A stretch of 64,000 bases of DNA, from contig JAKPMO010000026.1 of assembly GCA_029548865.1 (NCBI GenBank), forward strand, positions 32,001 to 96,000, given 5' to 3'. The notes under the pieces were generated by a model, which did no database searches, had not been told where the DNA came from, and saw only the letters and a program-made list of their open reading frames with translations. The stretch comes from Caldisericota bacterium. Lineage in GTDB: Bacteria > Caldisericota > Caldisericia > JAAYUI01. Every line of letters starts with the position of its first letter. The first letter of the stretch is position 1. Below are positions 19,535-28,820 of the stretch, one piece after another. The position numbers and the translations under genes were made by a program.

Positions 19535-19847
19535 TGGACAAAGAATAAGGGTTTTAAGACAAAAGCTCAACTATACCCAGATTCAGGTTGAGAAGGCCAC
19601 CGGTATTCCCCAATCAAACCTTTCGGAGTTTGAAAATGGCAAGCTTATACCGACTATCCAGACACTGTTTAAAATTGCCAAATTCTTTGGAGTCAGTGTT
19701 GCCTATCTTTTGGGAGAGGGTGACCTTGAAGGTCTCAAAGTCAACGTGAGCCTGTTGAGCGAGTTGTCCGAGGATGGTAAAAAACAGATCCAGGATTTCA
19801 TAGATTTTGTAGTTCAAAGGGAGATGGAGAAAGAAAAGGAGCAATAG
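19515..19847 (+). CDS. XRE/Cro-C1 family HTH transcriptional regulator
   Basis: IGQRIRVLRQK..YTQ.QV....GI.QS.LS.FENGK..P....L.KIA.FFGVSV.YLLG; the ORF extension to 19248 is antisense to EndoQ and non-homologous. Confidence 0.88.
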   Translation: MGDSEGIGQRIRVLRQKLNYTQIQVEKATGIPQSNLSEFENGKLIPTIQTLFKIAKFFGVSVAYLLGEGDLEGLKVNVSLLSELSEDGKKQIQDFIDFVVQREMEKEKEQ

Positions 19848-20421
19848 GCCTCACTTAAAATTCAGTATAAAAGGGCTGGTTGCTGGGGTATGCTTATTTT
19901 TTTGCGAGATTAGCAATAGCACAGATAAGCATTGATCATAAATTTCTCAAATTCCTTACAAGAATTGTTACTGCGCATGAGCTTAGCTTTTTTTTGCTCA
20001 TGAAACTGATGAGTATTGATTTGCACGAGATAAAGGTGAATTTTTTGTGTGTAACTTTCTTTTGCGAGAGAGGATCGTAATTGGTGTTTTTGAGATGCGA
20101 TTCTGAATGTAAAAAAATGGTTTTGTTATTGGAATAGCCTAAGTTTCTCGTAGTATTGAAGATTTTTATAGTTAGAAAACTATAAGGATACAAAATTGAT
20201 ACCGAAAATGCTAAGAGGCATTTGATGCAGATTAGATAATTATTTTATTGACTAAGTGTGCTATAATATCCCGAAAATAACCGTGTGCTGACTGTTCCCA
20301 TTATTGCACACCCCAATCTCTTTACGTACCAAATTCATCATTTTGAAACACTCCACAATATTGCAAGTCCATGTTTCGCTTGACACACAAAATGAGGCAA
20401 ATACAATAACACCCGTTTGAG

Positions 20422-20466
20422 AAATTCATTGTTTGCCTCAAATATTACCAAACAATGAATTTTTTG
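20422..20466 (+). terminator. Terminator-like hairpin in the leader of the M23 operon
   Basis: 14-bp perfect stem AAATTCATTGTTTG/CAAACAATGAATTT, 13-nt loop, T-run. Confidence 0.5.
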
Positions 20467-20499
20467 TTGTGTTTTACTATTCCATTGATGAGGTTAGGT

Positions 20500-21516
20500 G
20501 TGAATCAGAAACAAACGAAACGGTTATCGGTAATTTTGTTGCCGGGCCACGAGAGGGTTTTTTCATTTAGTTTGAAATGGGCGAGTATTTATGCAGGGAC
20601 TATAATACTCTCCGTTCTTTCGTGCGTGCTTGTCAACTTTGTCACCGTTTCCTATCCAACCAGAGCTCATGAATTCAGTATGTTGATGTCTACCGGCACA
20701 GGCAGGCTTTCTTACTTGCTTTCAGAGCAGATTGCCTATGTCAAATCAGAAGAAATGATATATTCAGAGTCGGCAACCCAACTCCTCGAGGCCACAAAAC
20801 AGCTTGAGTCCAAAGATAAAACAATCAGGGAAAAGGACGAAATAGCCCCGCAGTACAAGACCCTCAAGGAGATCTTCAATTCAAAACCATATCGCGAGCT
20901 TGCCACCAATCCTCAACTTTCGGACCAGGGCTCAGTTATTTCTGCCAAAGCAGCAACAATACTCCAAAGAATTGACAGCACAACCCACATTTTCGCCCAG
21001 GCAGAGCGTATCACGGACAATCTTTACTGGCTCAGGACACATACGCCAAACTGCTACCCGGTCCCAGATGGTGAAACAAGGGACCATAATCCTGGTTTTG
21101 GATATAGAATCCATCCAATTTGGGGGACTTTCGATAACCACACAGGAATCGATATTGAAGGCAAACTTGGTGAACCGATTTATGCAGTTGCTGATGGTGT
21201 TGTTACCAGAGCAAAGTTGTACGGTGGTTATGGTCGCTGTATAGACATTCTCCATCGCAAGGACGAAGGTGGAATTGTATCCAGATATGGCCATTGCGAC
21301 GAGATTGTTGTAAAAGAGGGCGACATGGTCAAGAGGGGTGACCTGATAGGCTATGTAGGTTCAACAGGAACCTCGACAGGCCCGCACATCCATTTTGAAA
21401 TAACGATAGACAATAGGCCAACAGACCCAGATGAATATATCCGTAACGTAAACATAAGCCAGAAATACCTCAAAAAGGAAGTCCCGGCCCAGCAAAAAGC
21501 GAGCGGGGGGAAATGA
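20500..21516 (+). CDS. M23 family peptidoglycan endopeptidase 1 (TM + coiled coil + LytM domain)
   Basis: HTGIDI, SRYGHC, GSTGTSTGPHIHFE; GTG 20500 after GAGGTTAGG chosen (ATG 20488 possible). Confidence 0.88.
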   Translation: MNQKQTKRLSVILLPGHERVFSFSLKWASIYAGTIILSVLSCVLVNFVTVSYPTRAHEFSMLMSTGTGRLSYLLSEQIAYVKSEEMIYSESATQLLEATKQLESKDKTIREKDEIAPQYKTLKEIFNSKPYRELATNPQLSDQGSVISAKAATILQRIDSTTHIFAQAERITDNLYWLRTHTPNCYPVPDGETRDHNPGFGYRIHPIWGTFDNHTGIDIEGKLGEPIYAVADGVVTRAKLYGGYGRCIDILHRKDEGGIVSRYGHCDEIVVKEGDMVKRGDLIGYVGSTGTSTGPHIHFEITIDNRPTDPDEYIRNVNISQKYLKKEVPAQQKASGGK

Positions 21517-21592
21517 TGATGCTCCAGGTCTGGAAAAAACAAAATAGGGCGCTTTTTGGGGGTTTTCTCCAGCAGGAGAAAAGGAGGAGCAA

Positions 21593-22264
21593 ATGCTGAT
21601 GAGCGGAAAGGGTAGTACAAAAAGGGGACTTGGTTTTAAAATTTTGATTATTTCAATATCTTTTATCCTGTTGGGTTCTTTGGTGACAACTTTTGTAATA
21701 ACAAACAAGATAGCCGCTGAAAAAAGACTGGCTGAAATTGAAGGTATTGTCAGAAAACAGGCCACCACAACAAAATCTATAGCCATGATGTTTTTGACAC
21801 GCCAGATGGTCGAAATGGCCACAGATTTTCCAATTTACCCCATTAAGGATTTCACAAGCAGGAAACATTATAGTGAATTTGGATACAAGGTTCACCCAAT
21901 TTGGGGGGCATTCGATAACCACACAGGGATCGATATAGAAGCGAAGCTCGGAGAAAAGGCGTTTGCTGTGTATGATGGCAAAATAATAAGGGCTGGATGG
22001 TATGGTGGGTATGGTCTTTGTGTTGATCTGAGTTTTAGATATTGTGATAGGGATTTTATTACTAGATATGCAAATTTGAGCGAAATGCTTGTTTCAAAAG
22101 GTGATGTCGTTTCAAAAGGGCATGTTATAGGTTTAGCTGGTTCAACAGGAGTTTCAACAGGACCACACCTTCATTTTGAAACCCTATTAAAAGATAGACC
22201 GGTCGACCCAATAGATCTTTATGCAAAGTTTGGAGCGATGATGGCAAAGGCAGGACCCAAGTGA
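21593..22264 (+). CDS. M23 family peptidase 2, possibly catalytically impaired
   Basis: HTGIDI and GPHLHFE present, but TRYANL replaces YxHL; SD AGGAGG. Confidence 0.88.
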   Translation: MLMSGKGSTKRGLGFKILIISISFILLGSLVTTFVITNKIAAEKRLAEIEGIVRKQATTTKSIAMMFLTRQMVEMATDFPIYPIKDFTSRKHYSEFGYKVHPIWGAFDNHTGIDIEAKLGEKAFAVYDGKIIRAGWYGGYGLCVDLSFRYCDRDFITRYANLSEMLVSKGDVVSKGHVIGLAGSTGVSTGPHLHFETLLKDRPVDPIDLYAKFGAMMAKAGPK

Positions 22265-22364
22265 TATTTTTTGTAGTAGAAACCCCAAAGCGAGGTGCCA
22301 TGGGCGTTGATTTATTAAGCGTCGATTTATTGGCCCCAGGCGCCAGAACCCTCGGAGGTGTTAA

Positions 22365-23297
22365 ATGCTTTTAAGGCACAAAACAAAAACAAACTCTCTC
22401 ACCATGATGTTCATGCCACACTATGACTCACCAGTCAGGATAATTAGACTGCCGTTCGCGGCCCTCTACACCATCCTTGTGGTTGTCATAATGGCCTCAA
22501 CCATGTTGGGGCAGCTGGTATTTAGATACAATCAGATGCAGGCCAACATTGAAACACTGCGACAGGGCTCAAGCCGCAGACTGGTTGATCTCCAGAGAGA
22601 GATGCTTTATGACTACTCAAACAGGCTCAACAACATCCAGAACAAGTTTGCAGTTGTTGAGGAATATCTTAACTATCTTTCAAATCTAAACAAAGAAGTG
22701 AAGGCTTCTGTTGCGGTTATAACCCCAAATAACACTCTCGAGCAAGTGATTGCAGAAAATAGCCTCAAGCAAGAGTCTGTTCCGAAGCCTGCCGCTTATT
22801 TGCCTGTCACTTACGACAATCTCCAGAAAACCTCGGAACATGTCATTAAAGAGAGTGATGAGAGAACAAGGGCTCTTTCTGTAATGAATGCCTATGCCCA
22901 GGAATACAAGGACCTAAGGGATCGTACACCAACTGGATGGCCGCTTCAGGGAAGACTGACCTCTTTTTTTGGCTGGAGAGAGTGGACTGGTACCTTCCAT
23001 GAGGGAATAGACATTGTTGCCCCGCTTGGAACACCACTTCATGCTACCGCCTCTGGAACTGTAATAAGAGCTGAATGGTTCTCTGGCTACGGTCTCTGTG
23101 TTGATGTTCTCCACCGTGATGGCATTGTTACCCGCTACGGCCATTGCGATAAAATACTGATCAAGAAGGGTGATGGCATAAAAGTTGGTCAGGTCATTGC
23201 GTTGACAGGTTCAACCGGTAATTCCGACATACCACATTGCCATTACGAAATAAGAATCAACGACAAATCGGTAGATCCGATGAAGTTCCCGTTCTAG
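22365..23297 (+). CDS. M23 family peptidoglycan endopeptidase 3
   Basis: TM + coiled coil; TP..WPLQG.LTS.FG.R, HEGIDI, TRYGHC, PHCHYEIR; SD GGAGGT. Confidence 0.9.
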   Translation: MLLRHKTKTNSLTMMFMPHYDSPVRIIRLPFAALYTILVVVIMASTMLGQLVFRYNQMQANIETLRQGSSRRLVDLQREMLYDYSNRLNNIQNKFAVVEEYLNYLSNLNKEVKASVAVITPNNTLEQVIAENSLKQESVPKPAAYLPVTYDNLQKTSEHVIKESDERTRALSVMNAYAQEYKDLRDRTPTGWPLQGRLTSFFGWREWTGTFHEGIDIVAPLGTPLHATASGTVIRAEWFSGYGLCVDVLHRDGIVTRYGHCDKILIKKGDGIKVGQVIALTGSTGNSDIPHCHYEIRINDKSVDPMKFPF

Positions 23298-23311
23298 GAG
23301 TCACAAAAAAT

Positions 23312-23686
23312 ATGTTTGGAAAACCAACATCAGAGGTGAGGGACCGTTCTGAGTCCTATATATCCTCAACGCTGAAGATCACAGGCACAATTTATTGCAA
23401 TGGCATTCTAAGAATAGATGGCACACTTGAGGGCAATGTTGAGGGTGAAGGCCATCTCATTGTTGGCCGTACTGCCCATATCAAGGGTGACATCAGAATG
23501 AAATCTGTGACCAACCTTGGCACCATAGAGGGCAACCTCTTCTGCACGGATGTCATTGAGCTCCTCGAGGGTTCAAAACTGCTGGGTGACGTCAATCTCG
23601 AAACGTCCCGTTTCAGGATTGAGGAAAATGTCACCTTCTCCGGCAGGTCAAAAACAAACCTTAAAACACTGGCAAAACAGCAGTAG
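23312..23686 (+). CDS. Bactofilin (polymer-forming cytoskeletal protein, CcmA family)
   Basis: MFGK N-terminus; LRIDGTLEGNV, LIVG..A.IKGDI, G.IEGNL, LLGDV, IEENVTFSG; SD AGGAG. Confidence 0.9.
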   Translation: MFGKPTSEVRDRSESYISSTLKITGTIYCNGILRIDGTLEGNVEGEGHLIVGRTAHIKGDIRMKSVTNLGTIEGNLFCTDVIELLEGSKLLGDVNLETSRFRIEENVTFSGRSKTNLKTLAKQQ

Positions 23687-23688
23687 CA

Positions 23689-25131
23689 ATGGCTGTTTGG
23701 CAAGGAAAAACAAACAGGCTGGACCAAAACCGGCTTGAAATCCCCGGCACTCACAAAGCTTTTATGAGGGTGCCGGGGATTATCTTTTGTTCTGTCCCCA
23801 TGGAGCAAGGCCTTTTTGCAGACAATGCACCAGAACAAGTCGCCAATGTTGCTTCTTTGCCTGGTATCATCAAGGCATCATTTGCCATGCCTGATATTCA
23901 TTGGGGCTATGGTTTCCCGATTGGTGGCGTGGCCGCGTTTGATGAAAAAGAAGGTGTCATCTCCCCTGGTGGTGTTGGATATGATATCAACTGTGGTGTC
24001 AGGCTCCTTCGTTCCAACCTGGTGGCCCACGATGTCGTAAAACACGTCGAGAAAATAATTGGCTCGATTTATAGCAATGTTCCATCTGGTGTGGGCTCCG
24101 AAGGAAAAATAAGGCTGGAACGGCAGGAACTCCAAAAAGTACTTGTTGAAGGTTCTGCCTGGGCGGTCAAAAAAGGTTATGGCTATCAAGAAGACCTGCA
24201 ATTCATTGAAGATGGCGGGCAAATGGCTGGTGCAAATCCCGATGCAGTCTCGAAAGAAGCAGTAAAGAGGGGTACACCGCAACTCGGAACTCTGGGTGCT
24301 GGCAACCATTTTCTGGAAATCCAGGAAGTCACCGAGATTTATGACGAAAAAATAGCAGGAACATTTGGGCTTTTTGTCGGCCAGATGGTCGTATTAATAC
24401 ACACTGGGTCGAGGGGCCTCGGGCACCAGGTCGCAACTGACTACATAGATGTCATGCAAAATGCTGCAAAAATGTATGGCATCGAGCTTCCAGACAGGCA
24501 ACTTGCATGTGCACCGTTCATGTCTCCCGAAGGCCAGCGCTATTTTGGTGCCATGGCTGCATCAGCAAATTATGCCTGGGCAAACAGGCAGATGATAACC
24601 CACTGGGTCAGGGAAAGTTTTGAGAGGTCTCTTGGGATGAGTCAGGAGAAACTCGGTTTGGGGATTGTCTATGACATTGCCCACAATATCGCAAAGAGGG
24701 AAACACACCTTGGGAGAAAAGTGGTTGTCCATCGCAAGGGTGCTACAAGGGCCTTCCCTGCGGGTTTCCCTGGGATTCCCGAGACATACAGCGAAACTGG
24801 TCATCCAGTACTTGTTCCAGGTGATATGGGTCGATATTCTTTTGTCATGGTTGGTACCAAAAAAGGCGCTGAAGAGGTTTTTGCATCTTGCTGTCATGGT
24901 GCGGGAAGGGTCCTTTCCAGAACACAGGCAATCAAAAATTACAGACCCGGACAAGTTATTGAGAAACTTAGGCAGAACGGGACATATCTAAAAGCAGCAA
25001 ATTCTGAAACTATTAGTGAAGAAGCCCCTGGTGCATACAAAGATGTTGCCATGGTGGTTGATGTCTTGGATGGTGCAGGAATTGCCAAAAAGATTGCAAA
25101 AATGAGACCACTTGGTGTTGTGAAGGGGTAA
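23689..25131 (+). CDS. rtcB: RtcB RNA ligase
   Basis: MPDIHWGYGFPIGG, GYDINCG, GNHFLE, IHTGSRGLGH, HRKGATRA, HGAGR, EEAPGAYKDV. Confidence 0.96.
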   Translation: MAVWQGKTNRLDQNRLEIPGTHKAFMRVPGIIFCSVPMEQGLFADNAPEQVANVASLPGIIKASFAMPDIHWGYGFPIGGVAAFDEKEGVISPGGVGYDINCGVRLLRSNLVAHDVVKHVEKIIGSIYSNVPSGVGSEGKIRLERQELQKVLVEGSAWAVKKGYGYQEDLQFIEDGGQMAGANPDAVSKEAVKRGTPQLGTLGAGNHFLEIQEVTEIYDEKIAGTFGLFVGQMVVLIHTGSRGLGHQVATDYIDVMQNAAKMYGIELPDRQLACAPFMSPEGQRYFGAMAASANYAWANRQMITHWVRESFERSLGMSQEKLGLGIVYDIAHNIAKRETHLGRKVVVHRKGATRAFPAGFPGIPETYSETGHPVLVPGDMGRYSFVMVGTKKGAEEVFASCCHGAGRVLSRTQAIKNYRPGQVIEKLRQNGTYLKAANSETISEEAPGAYKDVAMVVDVLDGAGIAKKIAKMRPLGVVKG

Positions 25132-25138
25132 AAATAGG

Positions 25139-25768
25139 ATGTCGAACAGAAACCGTTTATCAAGAATAAGGTCCCGCAGAGGCATGGCAGACAAACAGAA
25201 AAAAGTTATAAAAAATCTGTTTTATGGTTTTCTTGTGCTTGTTGTCATTGCTGCGGTGGGCACGACTGTTTTTTTTCTAACGAGGCTCACCCCCAAAAAA
25301 GATAATCTGTTTAGCGATCCAAATGGTTTTTTCGAAATGGAACTGCCAGAAGACTGGGTATATTATAAAGGCGCTGATGTTGTCAAATTTGACAGTTCAC
25401 TTGGTCATGCAAGCTATTCCTTCGTTTTTTACCCAAAAGGCCAGAACATGGAGATAGAGAAATTTACTGGTAATGTCCTCACCTGTGCGGTTTTTTTGAA
25501 AGAGTGGGTTGGAGACAAGGAACATTACGACAAGTTCTTTGGTTACATGGGTGGCATCAATAACCCAAAGAAGTATATGACCGAGGAAATTTTGCAGAAA
25601 GGTGAAAAGATTCCAGGGGTAAAAGATGGAGGGTATACCTTTGAGAAAGGTTGGCCACTGGCAACTGTAAAGTCAAAGAATGCAATGATATTCTTCAATG
25701 GATCTTACTCTGGGGATGAAGAGAAAAAAACAATAGAAAAAATGCTTCTTTCAATAAAAACACCATGA
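25139..25768 (+). CDS. Membrane-anchored hypothetical protein (PsbP/DcrB-like N-terminal motif)
   Basis: Single TM then GFFEMELPEDW; start may be the internal ATG (MADKQKK). Confidence 0.6.
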   Translation: MSNRNRLSRIRSRRGMADKQKKVIKNLFYGFLVLVVIAAVGTTVFFLTRLTPKKDNLFSDPNGFFEMELPEDWVYYKGADVVKFDSSLGHASYSFVFYPKGQNMEIEKFTGNVLTCAVFLKEWVGDKEHYDKFFGYMGGINNPKKYMTEEILQKGEKIPGVKDGGYTFEKGWPLATVKSKNAMIFFNGSYSGDEEKKTIEKMLLSIKTP

Positions 25769-26991
25769 AAGCTGATCTGATACTTCGCAATTGTTCTGAG
25801 CTTGTGACCCTAGCTGGCCCGTGTCCCCGAAAGGGCAACCAGATGGACAATCTGGCGATCGTTAAAAACGGGTCTTTTGCTATTAAGGATGGCCTTTTTG
25901 TTGCTGTTGGGACAGAAAGCGAGATTGTTTCAAATTACGAATCAGAAACCATTATTGACGCCAGTGGGTGTTGTGTTCTGCCTGGTTTTGTGGATTCTCA
26001 TACCCACATTATTTTTGCCGGTGACAGGTCGGCCGAGTTCGAAATGAGGCTCCAGGGCGCGACCTACGAGGAGATAATGGCAAAGGGTGGCGGCATACTC
26101 AATACTGTAAGTACCACCAGATTGGCCTCTTATGAGGAGCTTTATGCCCAGTCGGCAAAGCGCCTGAAGACAATGATCAAAACCGGAACGACGGCTTTTG
26201 AGATGAAGTCAGGTTACGGGCTTGAGGCCAATGCAGAGATGAAAATGCTCATGGTTGCAAAAAAACTCATCCATGATTTTGGTGTCGAGGCCAAAACGAC
26301 CTTCATGGGCGCCCATGCCATACCCAAAGATATCGACAGGAATGATTTTATTTCCCTCGTCAAAGGAGAAATGCTCTATGTGTGCAAACCCTATTCCGAT
26401 TTCATCGATGTGTTCTGCGATAAAGGGGCATTCACGAACGAGGAAACAGAGGATATTGTAAAAGATTCTGGCTTGCCGGTGAGGCTCCATGTTGATGAGC
26501 TTGCTGACACTGGTGGTGCTTCACTTGCCGCAAAACTTGGTGCTGTCTCTGCAGACCACCTGATCGGCGCTTCTAACAAAGGTTTTGAGGACATGGCCAG
26601 ATCAGGAACTGTTGCAACTTTCCTCCCAGGAACATCTTTCTTCCTGGGCAAACCTTTTGCCAGGGCAAAAAAGGCTATTGAGTCAGGCTGTGTTGTTGCC
26701 ATTGCCTCTGATAGAAACCCAGGTTCCTGCACGATCCAGTCAATGCCGTTTGTAGTTGGACTGGCATGCTTGAGGCTGGGCATGACGCCAGCACAAGCAA
26801 TATCTGCTGCCACAATCAATGCCGCATATTCCATCAGATCGCACGACAGGGTTGGCTCTATAGAAAAAGGCAAGAGAGCCGATTTTGTCATTTATGATGT
26901 TGAATCTTACAGAATGATACCCTATGAACTTGGCGTGGACCACGCAAAAATGACATTCATCAAAGGCAAGGAGGCATCATGGCCAGACTAG
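25765..26991 (+). CDS. hutI: Imidazolonepropionase
   Basis: PGFVDSHTH, EMKSGYGL, DVFCDKGAF, LHVDEL, SADHL, ASDRNPGS. Confidence 0.95.
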   Translation: MKADLILRNCSELVTLAGPCPRKGNQMDNLAIVKNGSFAIKDGLFVAVGTESEIVSNYESETIIDASGCCVLPGFVDSHTHIIFAGDRSAEFEMRLQGATYEEIMAKGGGILNTVSTTRLASYEELYAQSAKRLKTMIKTGTTAFEMKSGYGLEANAEMKMLMVAKKLIHDFGVEAKTTFMGAHAIPKDIDRNDFISLVKGEMLYVCKPYSDFIDVFCDKGAFTNEETEDIVKDSGLPVRLHVDELADTGGASLAAKLGAVSADHLIGASNKGFEDMARSGTVATFLPGTSFFLGKPFARAKKAIESGCVVAIASDRNPGSCTIQSMPFVVGLACLRLGMTPAQAISAATINAAYSIRSHDRVGSIEKGKRADFVIYDVESYRMIPYELGVDHAKMTFIKGKEASWPD

Positions 26992-28514
26992 TTGAATGCG
27001 TACCAAACTTCTCTGAAGGCAGAAGAAAAGATGTTGTAGAAAAGATAGCCCAGGTTGCAAAGGACACCCCGAACGTCAAGCTGCTTGATGTGCAGATGGA
27101 CGCTGATCACAACAGGTGTGTTGTGACATTCGTCGGGGAGCCGGAGGCGGCCGCTGAGGCAGCATTCGGGATGTGCAAGGTTGCATCAGAGCTAATTGAC
27201 ATGAACACACACAAGGGCGAACACCCGCGCCTTGGCGCAACGGATGTCATCCCGTTTGTCCCGATTTCTGAAGTCACTACCGAAGAGGCGGTCAAGCTGG
27301 CGGTATCGCTTGGCGAGAGAATATGGAAAGAACTGAAAATCCCGGTCTATCTATACGAAGATGCTGCAAGAACTCCTGAGCGCCAGGACCTATCAAACAT
27401 CAGGCAGGGCGAATATGAAGGCATTAAGAAGGAAATGGGCGAGAAGCCTGAAAGAAACCCTGACATAGGCGAACCTGCAATGCATCCGACAGCCGGAGCA
27501 GTTGTTGTTGGCGCCAGGATGCCCCTTGTTGCCTTCAACGTGAACCTTGGCTCTCAGAATATCGAGGTTGCGAAGGAGATTGCAAAGCTCATCAGATTCA
27601 GGAGCGGTGGTCTCAGGTTTGTCAAAGCCCTTGGTTTCTCGATCAGAGAGAGGGGCTTTGTCCAGGTTTCGATGAATCTTACAAACTACAAGAAAACCTC
27701 GATAAGGACCGCCTACGAGTTTGTCAAAAGAGAGGCTGAAAGACTGGGTGTGCTCCCGATAGGTGCTGAAATAGTTGGTCTCCTGCCGCTTGACGCACTT
27801 GTTGATGTTGGTGTTTCATACATGAACGTCTGGGACTTCAAGAAGGCGCAGATAATTGACCTCAGGGTCAGCGCTTCGGATTCCGGGGAGGTTTCCTGGA
27901 TACCAAAGAATTTCATCAGGGAAGTTGCAAGTAAATCACCAGCCCCAGGCGGCGGCTCTGTTGCCGCTTCAGCCGGTGCGCTTGGTGCTGGGCTTTCCGC
28001 AATGGTGGCCAAGCTGTCGCAGGGCAAAAAGTATGCCGAAGTAAAAGAAGAGATGGAAAAAGTTGCCGCGAAGGCAGACGAGGTTACCGAAAAGCTCCTG
28101 TCGCTCATCCAGGAGGATTCTGACGCATTCAACGAAATGCTTGCATGTAGAAAGCTTCCATCCGGCACTCCCGAGTCAGACGCTTTCAGGCAGAAAAAGA
28201 TGCAGGAAGCAATTGCAAAAGCGAGCCTTGTTCCTCTCAACACGATGAGGACCGCTGCAATGGCAGTTCCTCTTATTAAGACGGTTGCACAGAAGGGAAA
28301 CCCGAATTCCGTTTCTGATGCCGGTGTTGCCGCCTTATCTATTAAAACTGCAATTTATGGTGCACACATGAATGTCATGATCAACCTGCCTTCCCTCGAA
28401 GACAAGGAGATGGCATCAAAAATGATGGCAGAAGCTGACAAGATTGAAAAGGAAGCGATCCCCCAGTGTGATGAGATCCACAAATTTGTGCTCGAAAAAA
28501 TAAAGCAAATGTAA
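26979..28514 (+). CDS. ftcd: Bifunctional glutamate formimidoyltransferase / formimidoyl-THF cyclodeaminase
   Basis: VECVPNFSEGR, DADHNR, GEHPRLGATDV; C-terminal SPAPGGGS, GNPNSVSDAGVA, NVMINL. Confidence 0.93.
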   Translation: MARLVECVPNFSEGRRKDVVEKIAQVAKDTPNVKLLDVQMDADHNRCVVTFVGEPEAAAEAAFGMCKVASELIDMNTHKGEHPRLGATDVIPFVPISEVTTEEAVKLAVSLGERIWKELKIPVYLYEDAARTPERQDLSNIRQGEYEGIKKEMGEKPERNPDIGEPAMHPTAGAVVVGARMPLVAFNVNLGSQNIEVAKEIAKLIRFRSGGLRFVKALGFSIRERGFVQVSMNLTNYKKTSIRTAYEFVKREAERLGVLPIGAEIVGLLPLDALVDVGVSYMNVWDFKKAQIIDLRVSASDSGEVSWIPKNFIREVASKSPAPGGGSVAASAGALGAGLSAMVAKLSQGKKYAEVKEEMEKVAAKADEVTEKLLSLIQEDSDAFNEMLACRKLPSGTPESDAFRQKKMQEAIAKASLVPLNTMRTAAMAVPLIKTVAQKGNPNSVSDAGVAALSIKTAIYGAHMNVMINLPSLEDKEMASKMMAEADKIEKEAIPQCDEIHKFVLEKIKQM

Positions 28515-28548
28515 CCAAAAAACTAACATTTTATATTTACGCTTACCA

Positions 28549-28600
28549 AAAAATGCCGGTTTGCCAATGAAATATAGACTAAACCGGCATTTTTATTTTT
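28549..28600 (+). terminator. Intrinsic terminator after ftcd
   Basis: AAAAATGCCGGTTT ... AAACCGGCATTTTT followed by a T-run. Confidence 0.65.
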
Positions 28601-28820
28601 CGTGATTTGGTGATCTTCCGGATGTGGAAGTTAAAACAGTGACGTCGAACCTGCCGATTTCTTTTTTGCAACATGGACTTAATATTGATTTATACAGTAT
28701 TTTATCATGCCGTTTTTTTGTCCTTCTCCGCGGGGTTTGCCCGACTTGCTCCTAAAAAGTCAAGCCAATCCGAAGTCAGACTAATTGACAAAAAGGATGA
28801 ATTGTGTATAGTAAGGAACC

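Noticed and set aside
21513..22374. Short ORFs in both inter-M23 spacers (21513-21599 and 22300-22374)
   Set aside because: Under 30 aa, no recognisable features, and their similar endings arise from the shared AAATGC start context of the next gene.
28600..28770. c-di-GMP-I riboswitch (GGGCAAACC on minus strand) or SOS box (CTGTATAAAT)
   Set aside because: No GAAA-tetraloop stem or GCAAAG follows; the SOS-like half-site lacks its ACAG partner.
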